Of a DNA stretch of 64,000 nt, positions 9,601 to 23,022 are shown piece by piece. Source of the stretch: Sedimentisphaerales bacterium (GTDB lineage Bacteria; Planctomycetota; Phycisphaerae; Sedimentisphaerales; Anaerobacaceae); NCBI GenBank assembly GCA_963708075.1, contig OY970194.1, positions 4,096,001 to 4,160,000 of the forward strand, given 5' to 3'. Every line of letters starts with the position of its first letter. Position 1 is the first letter of the stretch. The translations under genes were made by a program, and so were the position numbers. Below the pieces are notes generated by a model that saw nothing but the letters and a program-made list of their open reading frames with translations, ran no database searches and was not told where the DNA came from.

Positions 9601-10311
9601 ATGAAGACGCTGGTATTAACACTCATGATTGCTGCGTTGGCACTGGTCACCAACACTGCAACGGCAAGTTGGACGATGACCAGCGACGTCGGGACTTGGA
9701 CCGGGACCAACGGTGGTACGAACGTACAAAATCAGACAGTGACCGTTGCCTACGGCAACACGGCGCAAAACCAGGTCCGCTGGGGTGTGCCTTATCCTGG
9801 TTCCGTACCGAATGTCATTGACAACCAGAGTGGGCTCGGTTTCACCGGCAAAGCAGCGCCGGCCCTGACCTTTGAGCTTGGCGATCCCTTCGAAATCGGC
9901 CAGCTCGTACACTTCAACCACGAGATCGGCAACGATGGTTCGCCCACGGAGGCTTATCTGCAGCTCGTGATGAACTTCACCACCCCGGATGCTGTCCTGG
10001 GGACATTCAACTTCACATTTGCGGTCAACGAGACACCAGGACTGGGCGTGGATGACATTATCACCTTTCCCATCTCCACCCCACACGAGTCCGCGGATGT
10101 CGGAGGCACACTGTATACGCTGGAGTTGTTAGGGTTCGGAGACAGCCCCAATGCGCTGGTTAAGGAGTTCGTGTCGGTTGAGAATGGTTTGCCGAACACT
10201 ACTCTGCTTTGGGGAAGAGTCACGCCGACGGTTCCCGCCCCTGGCGCTGTTCTGCTCGGCGGGATAGGTACGGCTCTCGTAGGTTGGCTCAGGCGAAGGC
10301 GGATTGTATAG
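9601..10311 (+). CDS. PEP-CTERM-like sorted surface protein (choice-of-anchor K / THxN-like)
   Basis: Signal peptide MKTLVLTLMIAAL; VRWG, QSGLGF, LVHFNHEI; C-terminal VPAPGAVLLGGIGTALVGWLRRRR. Confidence 0.85.
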   Translation: MKTLVLTLMIAALALVTNTATASWTMTSDVGTWTGTNGGTNVQNQTVTVAYGNTAQNQVRWGVPYPGSVPNVIDNQSGLGFTGKAAPALTFELGDPFEIGQLVHFNHEIGNDGSPTEAYLQLVMNFTTPDAVLGTFNFTFAVNETPGLGVDDIITFPISTPHESADVGGTLYTLELLGFGDSPNALVKEFVSVENGLPNTTLLWGRVTPTVPAPGAVLLGGIGTALVGWLRRRRIV

Positions 10312-10567
10312 GTAGGTGGGAGTTTGCCTTGAATTCGGCGCAAGCATCTGGATGGTCATGGTGGTCAACCTGATGCAAGGCAGGAGGGGGGAGTCACAAG
10401 GATGTGACGCCTCCACAAGGATGTGACCTCCTCCTGTCGCACCGAGGGACTGAATCGGAATACGGTTGCGATTCTCCCCCATATATGCCAGAGGTTAATC
10501 CAGATCCCATCTGACAACTGCCATCATCTGCCCATTGGGTAAGGCCCGACCCACCCGGTAATCCGAA

Positions 10568-10612
10568 GTAGGGTTACACCCCACAGACAAGGAACTACCC
10601 ACGACGTAGTAT
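10568..10612 (+). promoter_or_regulatory. Motif site GTAGGGTTACACCCCACAGA with CAGACA-17 nt-TAGTAT
   Basis: Motif 10568-10587, -10 at 10607-10612. Confidence 0.8.
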
Positions 10613-10780
10613 CTCTGATAAGGACAGGCCGAAGAACGCGGCAAAAGAAGAATGTGAAGAGCGTGACGAAACAAATGACTATGGAGGTGGGCAAGAGCAG
10701 GGACGCTCGCCGATCGCTGCCGCCTGGTGACGGAGGTACCAGCCGGCAGTGAAACCATGGCCAACCGAAAGGAGAATCTT

Positions 10781-10930
10781 ATGTTGTGGACGATTGCTGT
10801 CATACTGATAGTTCTGTGGCTGCTGGGGCTGGTGAGCAGTTACACGATGGGAGGATTCATTCACCTCCTGCTGGTGCTTGCCGTTGTCATGGTGCTGGTC
10901 AGGATCATTCAGGGACGACGACTGGTGTAA
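10781..10930 (+). CDS. lmo0937-family (DUF5670) small membrane protein
   Basis: MLWTIAVILIVLWLLGLVSSYTMGGFIHLLLVLAVVMVLVRIIQGRRLV; RBS AAGGAG. Confidence 0.9.
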   Translation: MLWTIAVILIVLWLLGLVSSYTMGGFIHLLLVLAVVMVLVRIIQGRRLV

Positions 10931-10975
10931 GAAGCCGTTAGTCTGTCGTAGTGAGGCAAGGAAGCTGGAGGTTCC

Positions 10976-11191
10976 ATGAGACCTAAAACCATCATTGCCG
11001 GCATACTGATCGTTGTCGGCATCGTGGTGCTCGCTTACTCGGGCATCACTTACAAGACCAGAGGAAAGCCCGTCGATATCGGTCCGCTGCACGTAGAGAC
11101 CACAAAGAGCCACTTCATTCCCCCGGTCGTCGGAGCGGTCGCGCTGGTCGGCGGCATCATGCTGCTTGTCCTGGACACCAGGAGGGCATGA
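10976..11191 (+). CDS. DUF3185-like small membrane protein (copy 2)
   Basis: Near-identical to 5921-6136. Confidence 0.8.
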   Translation: MRPKTIIAGILIVVGIVVLAYSGITYKTRGKPVDIGPLHVETTKSHFIPPVVGAVALVGGIMLLVLDTRRA

Positions 11192-11321
11192 TGAGAGAGA
11201 CCATAAAGGAGACGAGCCATGAGTTGGCACTAAGTCAAAGGACATGTGCCGCTAACCTGTCAAGTATCGGCATTGAACCACAACCAACCCACAATCATCA
11301 AGATTCAGATGGAGATGTAAC

Positions 11322-11420
11322 ATGAAATCACAACGGATTTGCAACTGTGTCTTAGTAGCTGTGGCCGCCCTTTTGGCACTTGCGGTTTTTGTCGGCGGCT
11401 GCCATGGCGTTACCTGGTAG
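11322..11420 (+). CDS. 32-aa putative lipoprotein/lipopeptide precursor
   Basis: MKSQRICNCVLVAVAALLALAVFVGGCHGVTW; RBS GGAG at 11311; too short for the ORF track. Confidence 0.55.
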   Translation: MKSQRICNCVLVAVAALLALAVFVGGCHGVTW

Positions 11421-11462
11421 AGTGTTTTCCGTCGTTCTTGAGAACATCGAAAGGAGTCTATT

Positions 11463-11627
11463 ATGGGATTCATACTACTACTTGTGCTGATCCTGCTTCT
11501 CGTGGGCGGCCTGCCCAGGTGGGGCTACAGCCGTAATTGGGGCTACACCCCCAGCGGCGTCTTGGGGCTGCTACTGATGGTCGTGCTGGTGCTCCTGCTC
11601 GCGGGGTATATCCCCCGCGGCTTCTGA
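11463..11627 (+). CDS. DUF3309-family small membrane protein
   Basis: MGFILLLVLILLLVGGLPRWGYSRNWGYTPSGVLGLLL...; RBS AAGGAG. Confidence 0.9.
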   Translation: MGFILLLVLILLLVGGLPRWGYSRNWGYTPSGVLGLLLMVVLVLLLAGYIPRGF

Positions 11628-11809
11628 GCCGCCGATCACCGGCACGCCGGCCAATTTGGGGTAAGCGGGAGGTCGGCCCCCCGCCCAAGCCGGCCGAGGA
11701 GCGTCAGAGGACGCGCGAAAGCAAGAACCAGGGTGGATACAAGAATAAAGAGAAGGATAAGAACAGATGAGCCGACTTCGCAAGGCTCTGACTCGTAAAG
11801 GAAGATTCC

Positions 11810-12049
11810 ATGAGTAAGTACACAACTCAGTCGAAAACGACGCAGATGTCCGCAATGCAACAGGGGCAAAGGGCCTCGCATCCCGGGCCGGCTGCTGCCG
11901 CCATGCCTACGCACAAAGACATTGCCAAGCGGGCGTATGAGATTTACGTCGAGAAGGCTTGCCGACAGGGCCAGAGTGAACAGGACTGGCTGCAAGCCGA
12001 ACAGGAGTTGAAGAACCAAGAGAACTGGCTGCACGCTGAACAGAAATGA
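11810..12049 (+). CDS. DUF2934-domain protein
   Basis: IAKRAYEIYVEK..RQGQSEQDWLQAEQEL. Confidence 0.85.
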   Translation: MSKYTTQSKTTQMSAMQQGQRASHPGPAAAAMPTHKDIAKRAYEIYVEKACRQGQSEQDWLQAEQELKNQENWLHAEQK

Positions 12050-12214
12050 AAGTAGGACACAACGCAACCTCAGCCCTTGGGCATCTTGGATTCACACGCT
12101 CTGCGCAAAGCGGCAGTCCACGAACCACGGCGTAGCAGCTTCGACATGAAGAAATGATTGATCATCGGCATACGAAGACAAGGCTGTTTGCGTTGAACAC
12201 TGAAGGAGAACTGT

Positions 12215-12334
12215 ATGGAGATGGTTCTATTGACTGTAGTGTATGTGCTTTCTTTGTTCCTTAGCGAAGAGCATGGGCGGCTGGGGGAGCGACGGGATCA
12301 GGACATGGACAGGAACTCGCAGTCCCGGGAGTAA
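12215..12334 (+). CDS. 39-aa hypothetical small protein
   Basis: MEMVLLTVVYVLSLFLSEEHGRLG...; RBS AAGGAG; hydrophobic N-terminus. Confidence 0.45.
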   Translation: MEMVLLTVVYVLSLFLSEEHGRLGERRDQDMDRNSQSRE

Positions 12335-12493
12335 CAGCACGACGGCGGCGGTGATAGTGGGTGTGCCGCCGGGGTCAACAACATGACCATCGAGGAGACC
12401 AGGTCGAAGAACAACTATACATTAACAACGACCACCGTACGCCACCGGCTTTGCCACTTGCGTGCGTTGTTTGCAGGAAAAGGAGTCGGCATC

Positions 12494-12721
12494 ATGAAGG
12501 GCTCAACAGAGGTAGTGAAGGGTCGCATCGAGGAAGCAGCGGGCGTGCTGACCGGCGACGAGAGACTGCGCGCCAAGGGCCAGACGCATCAGGCCGAAGG
12601 GCATGTCAAGCAAGCCGCCGAAAAGGGCGTCCGGCAAGCCAGGGAGTGCGGCCGGAAGATCGTGGACAATGCGAGGAATATCGTTCACAAGGCAGTCGAA
12701 AAAGCAAAAAGAAGGTCTTAG
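12494..12721 (+). CDS. CsbD-family general stress protein
   Basis: VKGRIEEAAGVLTGDERLRAKGQTHQAEG; RBS AGGAG. Confidence 0.85.
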   Translation: MKGSTEVVKGRIEEAAGVLTGDERLRAKGQTHQAEGHVKQAAEKGVRQARECGRKIVDNARNIVHKAVEKAKRRS

Positions 12722-12815
12722 CGGATCGTTGCCAGCGGGTACGGAACGTGTCCACTGGCAGCAATTCCAGGCCCATTAACAGGAACATGGTATGCGAAGG
12801 TAGGTGAGGTTCGTC

Positions 12816-13157
12816 ATGGAACGCAAAAGCAGTGAGAACATTGCGGCAGCTTTGAAACTCCTTGAGGAGGCGGCCAAGCAGAAGAAGGACGAGTTGAGGA
12901 CGCTCATGTCTGATAAGTACACAAATCTGCGGAGCCTGATCATGGAGGACGAAGGCAGTCTCATGGAATCGCTGACCACCGCCAAAGACCACGCGGTCGA
13001 GGCGACCACTCATGTCAAGGAGGCCGGCGTCGAGAAGGCCCGTGAAATCGCCCGCGACGTGGACAAGGGCGTGCATCAGAATCCGTGGCCCTACATCGCA
13101 GGATCGGCGGTGGTCGGTGTGCTACTAGGCTACATTCTGGGCGACAGTCGCAAGTAG
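12816..13157 (+). CDS. DUF883 / ElaB-YqjD-family membrane-anchored protein
   Basis: C-terminal VHQNPWPYIAGSAVVGVLLGYILG. Confidence 0.85.
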   Translation: MERKSSENIAAALKLLEEAAKQKKDELRTLMSDKYTNLRSLIMEDEGSLMESLTTAKDHAVEATTHVKEAGVEKAREIARDVDKGVHQNPWPYIAGSAVVGVLLGYILGDSRK

Positions 13158-13178
13158 CATCGTCCGACAGGAGGGCCT

Positions 13179-13598
13179 ATGTTCAAGTACCTGACCAAGG
13201 GGCTTCTGGCCGGAATTGTGATCCACCTGCTGGACAACTGCCGGCATCTGTCGATTCAAGTGCTCAAGATCGAGGCAGCGAAGTGCTACTTGCACGGCGT
13301 ACGGATGGCCAGGTTGTCGGCAATCGGTCTGATGCGGATGGGGCTCGTGATCGGTCTCATCGGCGTTGGTGTGCTGCTATTCCACGCGGGGCTGTTCATC
13401 CTTCTGCCTTGGACCGCGGAAACCAAAGCGATTCTCGGCATGTTCCTGGGTTTGGCCTACGTGGCCATCGGTTGTGTTGCGCTTCATGCGGCCATGGTTG
13501 AGAAGACGTGGATGGAGAAGTCGGGTGTCGCTGAGATGCTGGACGAAGCGATCGGTCAGTCCAACAAGGACTCACCCGACGGCAAAGGTTCTACCTAA
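13179..13598 (+). CDS. YqjE/phage-holin-like two-TM membrane protein
   Basis: Two TM helices; follows DUF883 as in yqjDE; RBS GGAGG. Confidence 0.6.
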   Translation: MFKYLTKGLLAGIVIHLLDNCRHLSIQVLKIEAAKCYLHGVRMARLSAIGLMRMGLVIGLIGVGVLLFHAGLFILLPWTAETKAILGMFLGLAYVAIGCVALHAAMVEKTWMEKSGVAEMLDEAIGQSNKDSPDGKGST

Positions 13599-14039
13599 AG
13601 CGGCTCGGTGTGTTCCGACAGGAAGACACGAGTACAAGTTCGTTGTCAGCGTGTCCGAGCGGATGGTTCGCAACACGTCCGTCCGGGATGGAAGACATCC
13701 ACACGACCCATGCGGAGAGCTTCCGTGGAGTTGATCATCTGCGCCACATCCTCGAGGAAACACGGGCAATCGTCAGCGATACTCTGGCAGCACCGGGACC
13801 TCAGAAGCCGGGAAACGAAGCTGTGGAATCCTGGCGCAATGAGGGGAACCCTAATGGATGCATTCGGGGATCAGGTCCGAGACAAATGTGAGGGACAGAT
13901 CCTGGGCGAACAAACCCGTGCCGGCCACCCCATATACAATCTTCTACCGTCCGCATTGCAGTCCTGGGTATATGATGCCGGTGGCGTTCCCGGCGGGTTG
14001 CACTTGGGCAGACCATTTCACTACTAATCCAGAACAGAG

Positions 14040-15005
14040 ATGAAATGCCGAGCCATGACAAAGGAAGCTGAACACGCAATCCACGTCGAGAGACTGACGA
14101 AACGTTACGGGGATCTGCTGGCAGTCAACGACATATCGTTCACCGTCAGGAAGGGCGAAGTGTTCGCTTTTCTGGGTCCGAACGGCGCCGGCAAGACCAC
14201 TACCGTTGAGATCATCGAGACAATACGCACGCCAACGTCGGGAAAGGTGAGCCTTCTCGATATGGATGTCACAAGAAAGAAGCACAAAATCGTTCGCCGC
14301 ATCGGCGTTCTCCCACAGGGGTTCAGCTCGTTTGACAGGATAACGGTCAGGGAGACCATCCAGTACTACTCGAGACTTTTCTGCCGCAGGGACACCGATA
14401 TCGATGGGCTGATAGAACTCGCGAACCTCACGGACAAAAGCACAGAGCAGTTCAAGAACCTCTCTGGAGGTTTGAAGCAGCGCCTCGGAATTGCAATTGC
14501 GCTCGTGAACAATCCCGAGGTCGTGTTCCTCGACGAGCCGACGACAGGGCTCGATCCCCGCGCAAGGCGTGAGGTGTGGGATGTCCTGCTGGGCCTGAAG
14601 AAGAAGGGAAAGACGGTATTTCTCACCACACACTACATGGAGGAAGCAGAGCTTCTTGCAGACACTGTAGCCATAATCTCCAAGGGAAGTATCGTCGCGA
14701 TGGGCTCTCCCGGGGAGCTTATCGAAAGGAACGCAAACTATCTGGTCCTCACGCTACTGTCCGTCGATGAAAAAGTCTTTGAGATCGTCCAGAAGATGGG
14801 CTTCGAGCCGGCCCATACCAACCACAAGAACATCAAGGTCCGGGTGGAGCACCAGGACGACGTTCGGAGAATATTGAATGGCATCAAGGACATCGGGGCA
14901 TCATTCCTCAGCTTGGACGTTCGCAAACCCAATCTTGAAGAGGTTTTCCTGAAGCTCACCGGTGCCGCACTCCGCGAAGACCCTGCCGAGGAGGTGGCCG
15001 AATGA
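14040..15005 (+). CDS. ABC transporter ATP-binding protein (ABC-2/DrrA type)
   Basis: GPNGAGKTT, LSGG, FLDEPTTGLD, TTHYMEEAE. Confidence 0.95.
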   Translation: MKCRAMTKEAEHAIHVERLTKRYGDLLAVNDISFTVRKGEVFAFLGPNGAGKTTTVEIIETIRTPTSGKVSLLDMDVTRKKHKIVRRIGVLPQGFSSFDRITVRETIQYYSRLFCRRDTDIDGLIELANLTDKSTEQFKNLSGGLKQRLGIAIALVNNPEVVFLDEPTTGLDPRARREVWDVLLGLKKKGKTVFLTTHYMEEAELLADTVAIISKGSIVAMGSPGELIERNANYLVLTLLSVDEKVFEIVQKMGFEPAHTNHKNIKVRVEHQDDVRRILNGIKDIGASFLSLDVRKPNLEEVFLKLTGAALREDPAEEVAE

Positions 15006-16115
15006 GTCCACGTGTTATCGGCGCCAATCTCATCGTGAGCATCAAGAGCTTCTACCGCGAGAAAACGGCAGTGTTCTTCAGAATTGCCTTCCCTGTACTC
15101 CTGATACTCGTGTTCGGCACGATTTTCATGAACCAGGATAATGTGCGTTTCGACTTTTATGTGCAGGACCTCGATCAGACTAATTCGTCGGCAGAGCTCG
15201 TCAAGACCCTCGAGCTCAACGATAAGTTCAAGATAACCACGGTTGATCCGGCCATCAATGCCACGCAGTACGCCAAACACAACAAGCTAAACTTGGTCGT
15301 GGTTATTCCGCAAAGACTATGAAACGTCCCTCATACAGAGGATGAAACGCAAGGACCTCAACGCTTCCGTTACCATTACATACATATACGACCCCAGCTC
15401 TACTTCGGTGTCCACGAAGATGCAAATCCTGAACTCGGTCTTCGCCGAGATAAACCAGAGGATGTCCGGGAAGCCACCGTTCATCACGCCAGCCGAGACA
15501 TCGATACTCAACAGAAAATACCGGTTCATCGATTTCTTCGTCCCAGGCATTATCGCGATGACGGTGATGACGGCGAGCCTGTTCGGTGCGGTAAACGTTA
15601 ATGCGGAGCTTCGTCAGAAAGGCGTCATCAAGAAGCTGTCCACCACCCCCATCACCCGCACCGACTGGATACTGTCGAACGTTCTGTACCAGTTCATACT
15701 TTCGGTCATAGCCACGATTGCGATACTACTAGTGAGCTACGGCGTGTTCAACGTTAGCCTTCAGATGAATGTTTGGCTCCCTGTGTTCGTGGTGCTTGAC
15801 GTCTTTGCGTTCGTCGGGATAGGGATGATCCTCACCCGCGTCGCGAAAGAGGCGGAGAGCGCCGCCGCTGCGGCAAACGCCATCATGTTCCCGATGATGT
15901 TCCTCTCGGGGACCTTCTTTCCTGTCGAGATGATGCCGGGGTTCCTGCAGAAGTTCTCCAGGATACTGCCTCTGTACTATGTGAACGAGGGTCTCCGAGC
16001 ATCCATGATATTTGGCGACCACATGATCGCATTGCGTTGCTCTCTGATCATAGGGGTTTTCGCCGCCGTGGTCTTCGTCCTGGGCATGATGACCACCAAA
16101 TGGGAGGAGGGGTAG
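15002..16115 (+). CDS. ABC-2 type permease; one-base frameshift near 15311
   Basis: Removing one base gives VVIPKDYETSLIQRMKRK and joins the two ORFs; FFVPGII, FLSGTFFP, LPLYY. Confidence 0.85.
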
Positions 16116-16253
16116 GGATATCATAGTGCCCACGTCGTGCTATTACAGCCTTGCTTGCAGCAACGTCTGCCGCCCCCATCGACACCATTGTCAGGTGCAA
16201 CGCTTATCGCCCTTTACTACATTGAAAGCACCAGATCATTCAGGTGACATGAT

Positions 16254-17243
16254 GTGTTGTACGGTGCAGGAGTAACGTTTATGTTGGCAGGTTGGACGTC
16301 CCGGCTCACAACACAAGGCAAGACAACCCGGTACTTGTTGTCATTAGCCAGGACTCCCCTGGCCTTTAATGCGTACTACAAATATCATTTTCCGTTGCCC
16401 TCTGTCATAATGATCGAGAATACAAATTGCTGCAACTCACACTGTGTCATGTGCCCTCGTGAGAAGCTCACCAGAAAACCCGGCTTCATGGATTTTGGGC
16501 TGTTCGAGAAGATCATTAAAGAAGTGTCCAACATGAGGCGCACACCCGTTACGCATTTACACGGGTTTGGGGAGCCGCTTTTGGATCCACTGCTATCAGA
16601 GAGAATCGAGCTCGCAAAGGCGTGTGGAATACAGCATACCTATATTGTGACCAATGCTTCATTACTTTCTCCCGAGACATCGAGAAAGATCATTACTGCG
16701 GGATTAGACAAGATGAAGATCAGTTTTTACGGAACCGACGAAGAATCGTATGATGCAACCATGAGAAGGTTGAGTTTTAAGGTTACTTTTCAAAATGTCA
16801 TAGATTTCTTGAGGATAAGGAAAGAAATGAAGAGGAAGAACCCGCAGCTAATACTGCAATATCTTCCTCACCCAACAAATCATGCCAAGACGGAGGAGTT
16901 TAGGGCTCTGTGGCGATCTGTGATGGATAAGACGGTTGGTGATTGTCTGAATATCACATCTTTGCATAACTATGGCGGCGGGAGAGCCTATAACCGTGTA
17001 GGGGATAAGATAGTGTCAATCTGTTTTTACCCTTGGACAGCCATGTCCGTGCTCTACGATGGCAGGGTCGTTAGCTGTTGTATGGATTATAATGGTGCTC
17101 AGGTCTTGGGCGATCTGAATTGCCAGACTGTCATGGAACTGTGGAATGGGCCTGTGTTATCCTCGACCAGGAGGACATTTGGAAAGTTGGAGTATAGCGG
17201 GTTTCCGACCTGCATGGGCTGCGATTGGGTGCACAGGCGTTAA
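16254..17243 (+). CDS. Radical SAM protein with SPASM/twitch domain
   Basis: CNSHCVMC, GFGEPLL, C-terminal CFYPW...DGRVVSCC...CMGC. Confidence 0.9.
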   Translation: MLYGAGVTFMLAGWTSRLTTQGKTTRYLLSLARTPLAFNAYYKYHFPLPSVIMIENTNCCNSHCVMCPREKLTRKPGFMDFGLFEKIIKEVSNMRRTPVTHLHGFGEPLLDPLLSERIELAKACGIQHTYIVTNASLLSPETSRKIITAGLDKMKISFYGTDEESYDATMRRLSFKVTFQNVIDFLRIRKEMKRKNPQLILQYLPHPTNHAKTEEFRALWRSVMDKTVGDCLNITSLHNYGGGRAYNRVGDKIVSICFYPWTAMSVLYDGRVVSCCMDYNGAQVLGDLNCQTVMELWNGPVLSSTRRTFGKLEYSGFPTCMGCDWVHRR

Positions 17244-17310
17244 ACCAATATGCAGAGTATCAGAATGATAAGTCCCCACATGGTAACGGTGATAAGGATG
17301 TGATGTGCGA

Positions 17311-18270
17311 ATGAGAAAACGAATCCTCTTTATTTGTGGTTCGATGAATCAGACGACCCAGATGCATCAGATATCCAAGCACCTTCCCGAGTATGAGCAC
17401 TCCTTCTCACCCTACTACTGCGACGGCCTGCACGAGATGTGGCGAAGACTCGGGTTGATGGAGTTCACTATCATAGGTGACAAGCTGGCGAGCAGATGCC
17501 GGACGTATCTGCAGAATCATAACCTTCCCATCGACTACCAGGGGAAGAATCGGCCTTACGACCTTGTAGTTACCTGCTCGGACGTGTACCTGCAGAAGAA
17601 CATTCGAAACAACAGGATCGTGCTGGTTCAGGAGGGGATTACGGACGCAGAATCTATCTTGTTTCGCCTCGTCAAGCGTTTCCGATTCCTTCCTCGCTGG
17701 CTGGCGGGTACATCGGCTACCGGCCTCAGCGATGCATACCGTGCTTTCTGCGTCGCAAGCGACGGATATCGCGATTTCTTCATCCGCAAAGGTGCACGCC
17801 CCGAGAAGATCATCGTTACGGGAATACCCAATTTCGATGACTGCCAACGGTATTGCAGCAACGACTTTCCCTACAGGCACTACGTGCTGGTCTGCACATC
17901 GCCGCTGCGGGAGATATTCCAGGGCGAGGACCGCGAGGCTTTTCTCCGGAAGGCTGTCGAGATCGCCGGCGGCAGGCAACTGATCTTCAAGCTTCACCCG
18001 AACGAAAATGTGGAGCGTGCTACCCGGGAAATCCACCAGCATACATCTGGAGCCATGGTGTTCTCGACCGGCAGCGCCGAAGAAATGATAGCGAACTGCG
18101 ATGTCCTGATTACCCGTTTTTCGTCGACTGCCTTCGTCGGCATTGCACTCGGCAAGGAAACCCACTCGGACTTCGACATGGACGAACTGCGTCGGCTGAC
18201 GCCGGTTCAGAACGGCTCAGCGGCGCTCAACATCGCGAATGTCTGCCGCAGGTTTCTTGAAGAGGATTGA
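17311..18270 (+). CDS. Hypothetical GT-B-like protein (glycosyltransferase / UDP-GlcNAc epimerase-like)
   Basis: KIIVTGIPNFD, IFKLHPNE, CDVLITRFSS. Confidence 0.6.
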   Translation: MRKRILFICGSMNQTTQMHQISKHLPEYEHSFSPYYCDGLHEMWRRLGLMEFTIIGDKLASRCRTYLQNHNLPIDYQGKNRPYDLVVTCSDVYLQKNIRNNRIVLVQEGITDAESILFRLVKRFRFLPRWLAGTSATGLSDAYRAFCVASDGYRDFFIRKGARPEKIIVTGIPNFDDCQRYCSNDFPYRHYVLVCTSPLREIFQGEDREAFLRKAVEIAGGRQLIFKLHPNENVERATREIHQHTSGAMVFSTGSAEEMIANCDVLITRFSSTAFVGIALGKETHSDFDMDELRRLTPVQNGSAALNIANVCRRFLEED

Positions 18271-18696
18271 CGGCCGTTCGTCCTCATTCTATCCTGGCGA
18301 TTCCGCCGAAGGTGTAGGAAGCCGGGTTTTGACGATTTCAAGCTGCGAATAACCAATCCGAAATAAGTCCCGAATCGTTCGCAACTGCGAACAGGATATT
18401 GCACACTGCGAAATGACCGTTTGAAAGACGCCGTAGTAGGGCTACCGGGATAGATTCATGATCTGCCGGGGTCCAGTCCGTTAAGTCCTCTGGAGGAGTA
18501 GGAATCCTGCGAGGGAACATCCAGATGACTGGACCTGGACAATACACATCGGATCCGACGGAGGGCATTATTGACTTCAAAAGGCAGGGGTACAATAAGA
18601 AACAGGCATGCCCTCAAGCCGCACATTGATCACCGCTTCACGGGCGCTGAGATTGTCGCGACATTGACCCTACGTCAGTGTCTGTCCTACAGCAAG

Positions 18697-18741
18697 GTAG
18701 GGTTATACCCCATAGAGTAGGGGCGACCCATGGCGTAGCAT
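18697..18741 (+). promoter_or_regulatory. Motif site GTAGGGTTATACCCCATAGA with TAGAGT-17 nt-TAGCAT
   Basis: Motif 18697-18716, ~130 nt upstream of the FAAL-ACP-AOS gene. Confidence 0.8.
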
Positions 18742-18843
18742 GCCTGCAATGCAGCAGCAAGCCCAAAGACTCAGCCAAAGCAATGGGGCTCCAATATGCG
18801 AAGGCGGCAGTACTAGCCACGATGATGGTCATAGAAAGTATAT

Positions 18844-22195
<3,352 letters not shown>

Positions 22196-22221
22196 CCCGT
22201 GAAACCCATGAAAGATGTCCC

Positions 22222-22788
22222 ATGAAAGAGGCCATGTGGTGGTTCGCTGCTCTCACGTTGCTGGCCGCGGCAGGCTGTGCCCGAGACCAAACTCGGCTGC
22301 CGTTGACCATCGAGCAAAGCAAGGCCGCGCCGGACGGTGCCCTGGCAGAAACTCGTCCGCTGTTCATCATCGAGCGGAGCAAGAACGCCAACGTCGTGCA
22401 TTACGACGCCCAGCTTACCGCCGACGGCAATCTGGATCCCGAGGAACCGGTGATCGCCTACTATGTCATGCTAGCCGAGGACGGCCGCCGGAAGGAACTC
22501 AATTGGATCGAGAAGAAAATGGCCTACGGCTTCGACATTAGACCGGACCCGTCGGTAGGCGGGTACAAAATGATCATCGTGGCTGCCCCCCAGGGGCCAA
22601 TCACCGTGAAGAAGGAGGGGAACGCCGTCCGTGCCGAGCTGGTCATCGACAGCCACCCGGCTGTTGTCGAGAAGATGTACATCAATGCCTCCGACGGGCT
22701 GCCCTGGCCCAAAGTCCACTATATCGAGCTCTACGGAGTAGATCTGCAAACGGGAGAGAAGCGATTTGAAAAGATCATACCGAAGTAG
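22222..22788 (+). CDS. DUF4833-domain lipoprotein
   Basis: Lipobox AAGC; LFIIERSKNANVVHYD, ELNWIEKKMAYG, YIELYGVD. Confidence 0.8.
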   Translation: MKEAMWWFAALTLLAAAGCARDQTRLPLTIEQSKAAPDGALAETRPLFIIERSKNANVVHYDAQLTADGNLDPEEPVIAYYVMLAEDGRRKELNWIEKKMAYGFDIRPDPSVGGYKMIIVAAPQGPITVKKEGNAVRAELVIDSHPAVVEKMYINASDGLPWPKVHYIELYGVDLQTGEKRFEKIIPK

Positions 22789-22830
22789 CCCCCTCGTCGT
22801 GCCACAAAACAGAGGAGAAACGCGGAAGAG

Positions 22831-23022
22831 ATGATTGCGACTTGCGATGTCTTGGTCACTCGTTCTTCATCGACTGCCTTCGTCGGTCTGGCGCTCGGCA
22901 AGGGAACTCACTCCGACTTCGACATGGACGAAATGCGTCGGCTGATGCCGGTTCAGAATGGCTCGGGGGCTTCCAACATCGCGGATATTTGCCGCGGCTT
23001 GATCGAGGAGCGACGGCAATGA
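22831..23022 (+). pseudogene. Orphan C-terminal fragment paralogous to the 17311-18270 protein
   Basis: MIATCDVLVTRSSSTAFVGLALGKGTHSDFDMDE vs MIANCDVLITRFSSTAFVGIALGKETHSDFDMDE. Confidence 0.85.

Larger units (their letters stand above)
10568..11191 (+). repeat. Dispersed duplicate of 5501-6136 (promoter, leader, lmo0937, DUF3185)
   Basis: High nucleotide similarity across both genes and the leader. Confidence 0.9.

Noticed and set aside
13610..13891. 93-aa ORF containing AVESWRNEG
   Set aside because: Could be another small stress protein, but the start is unclear and I cannot assign a family
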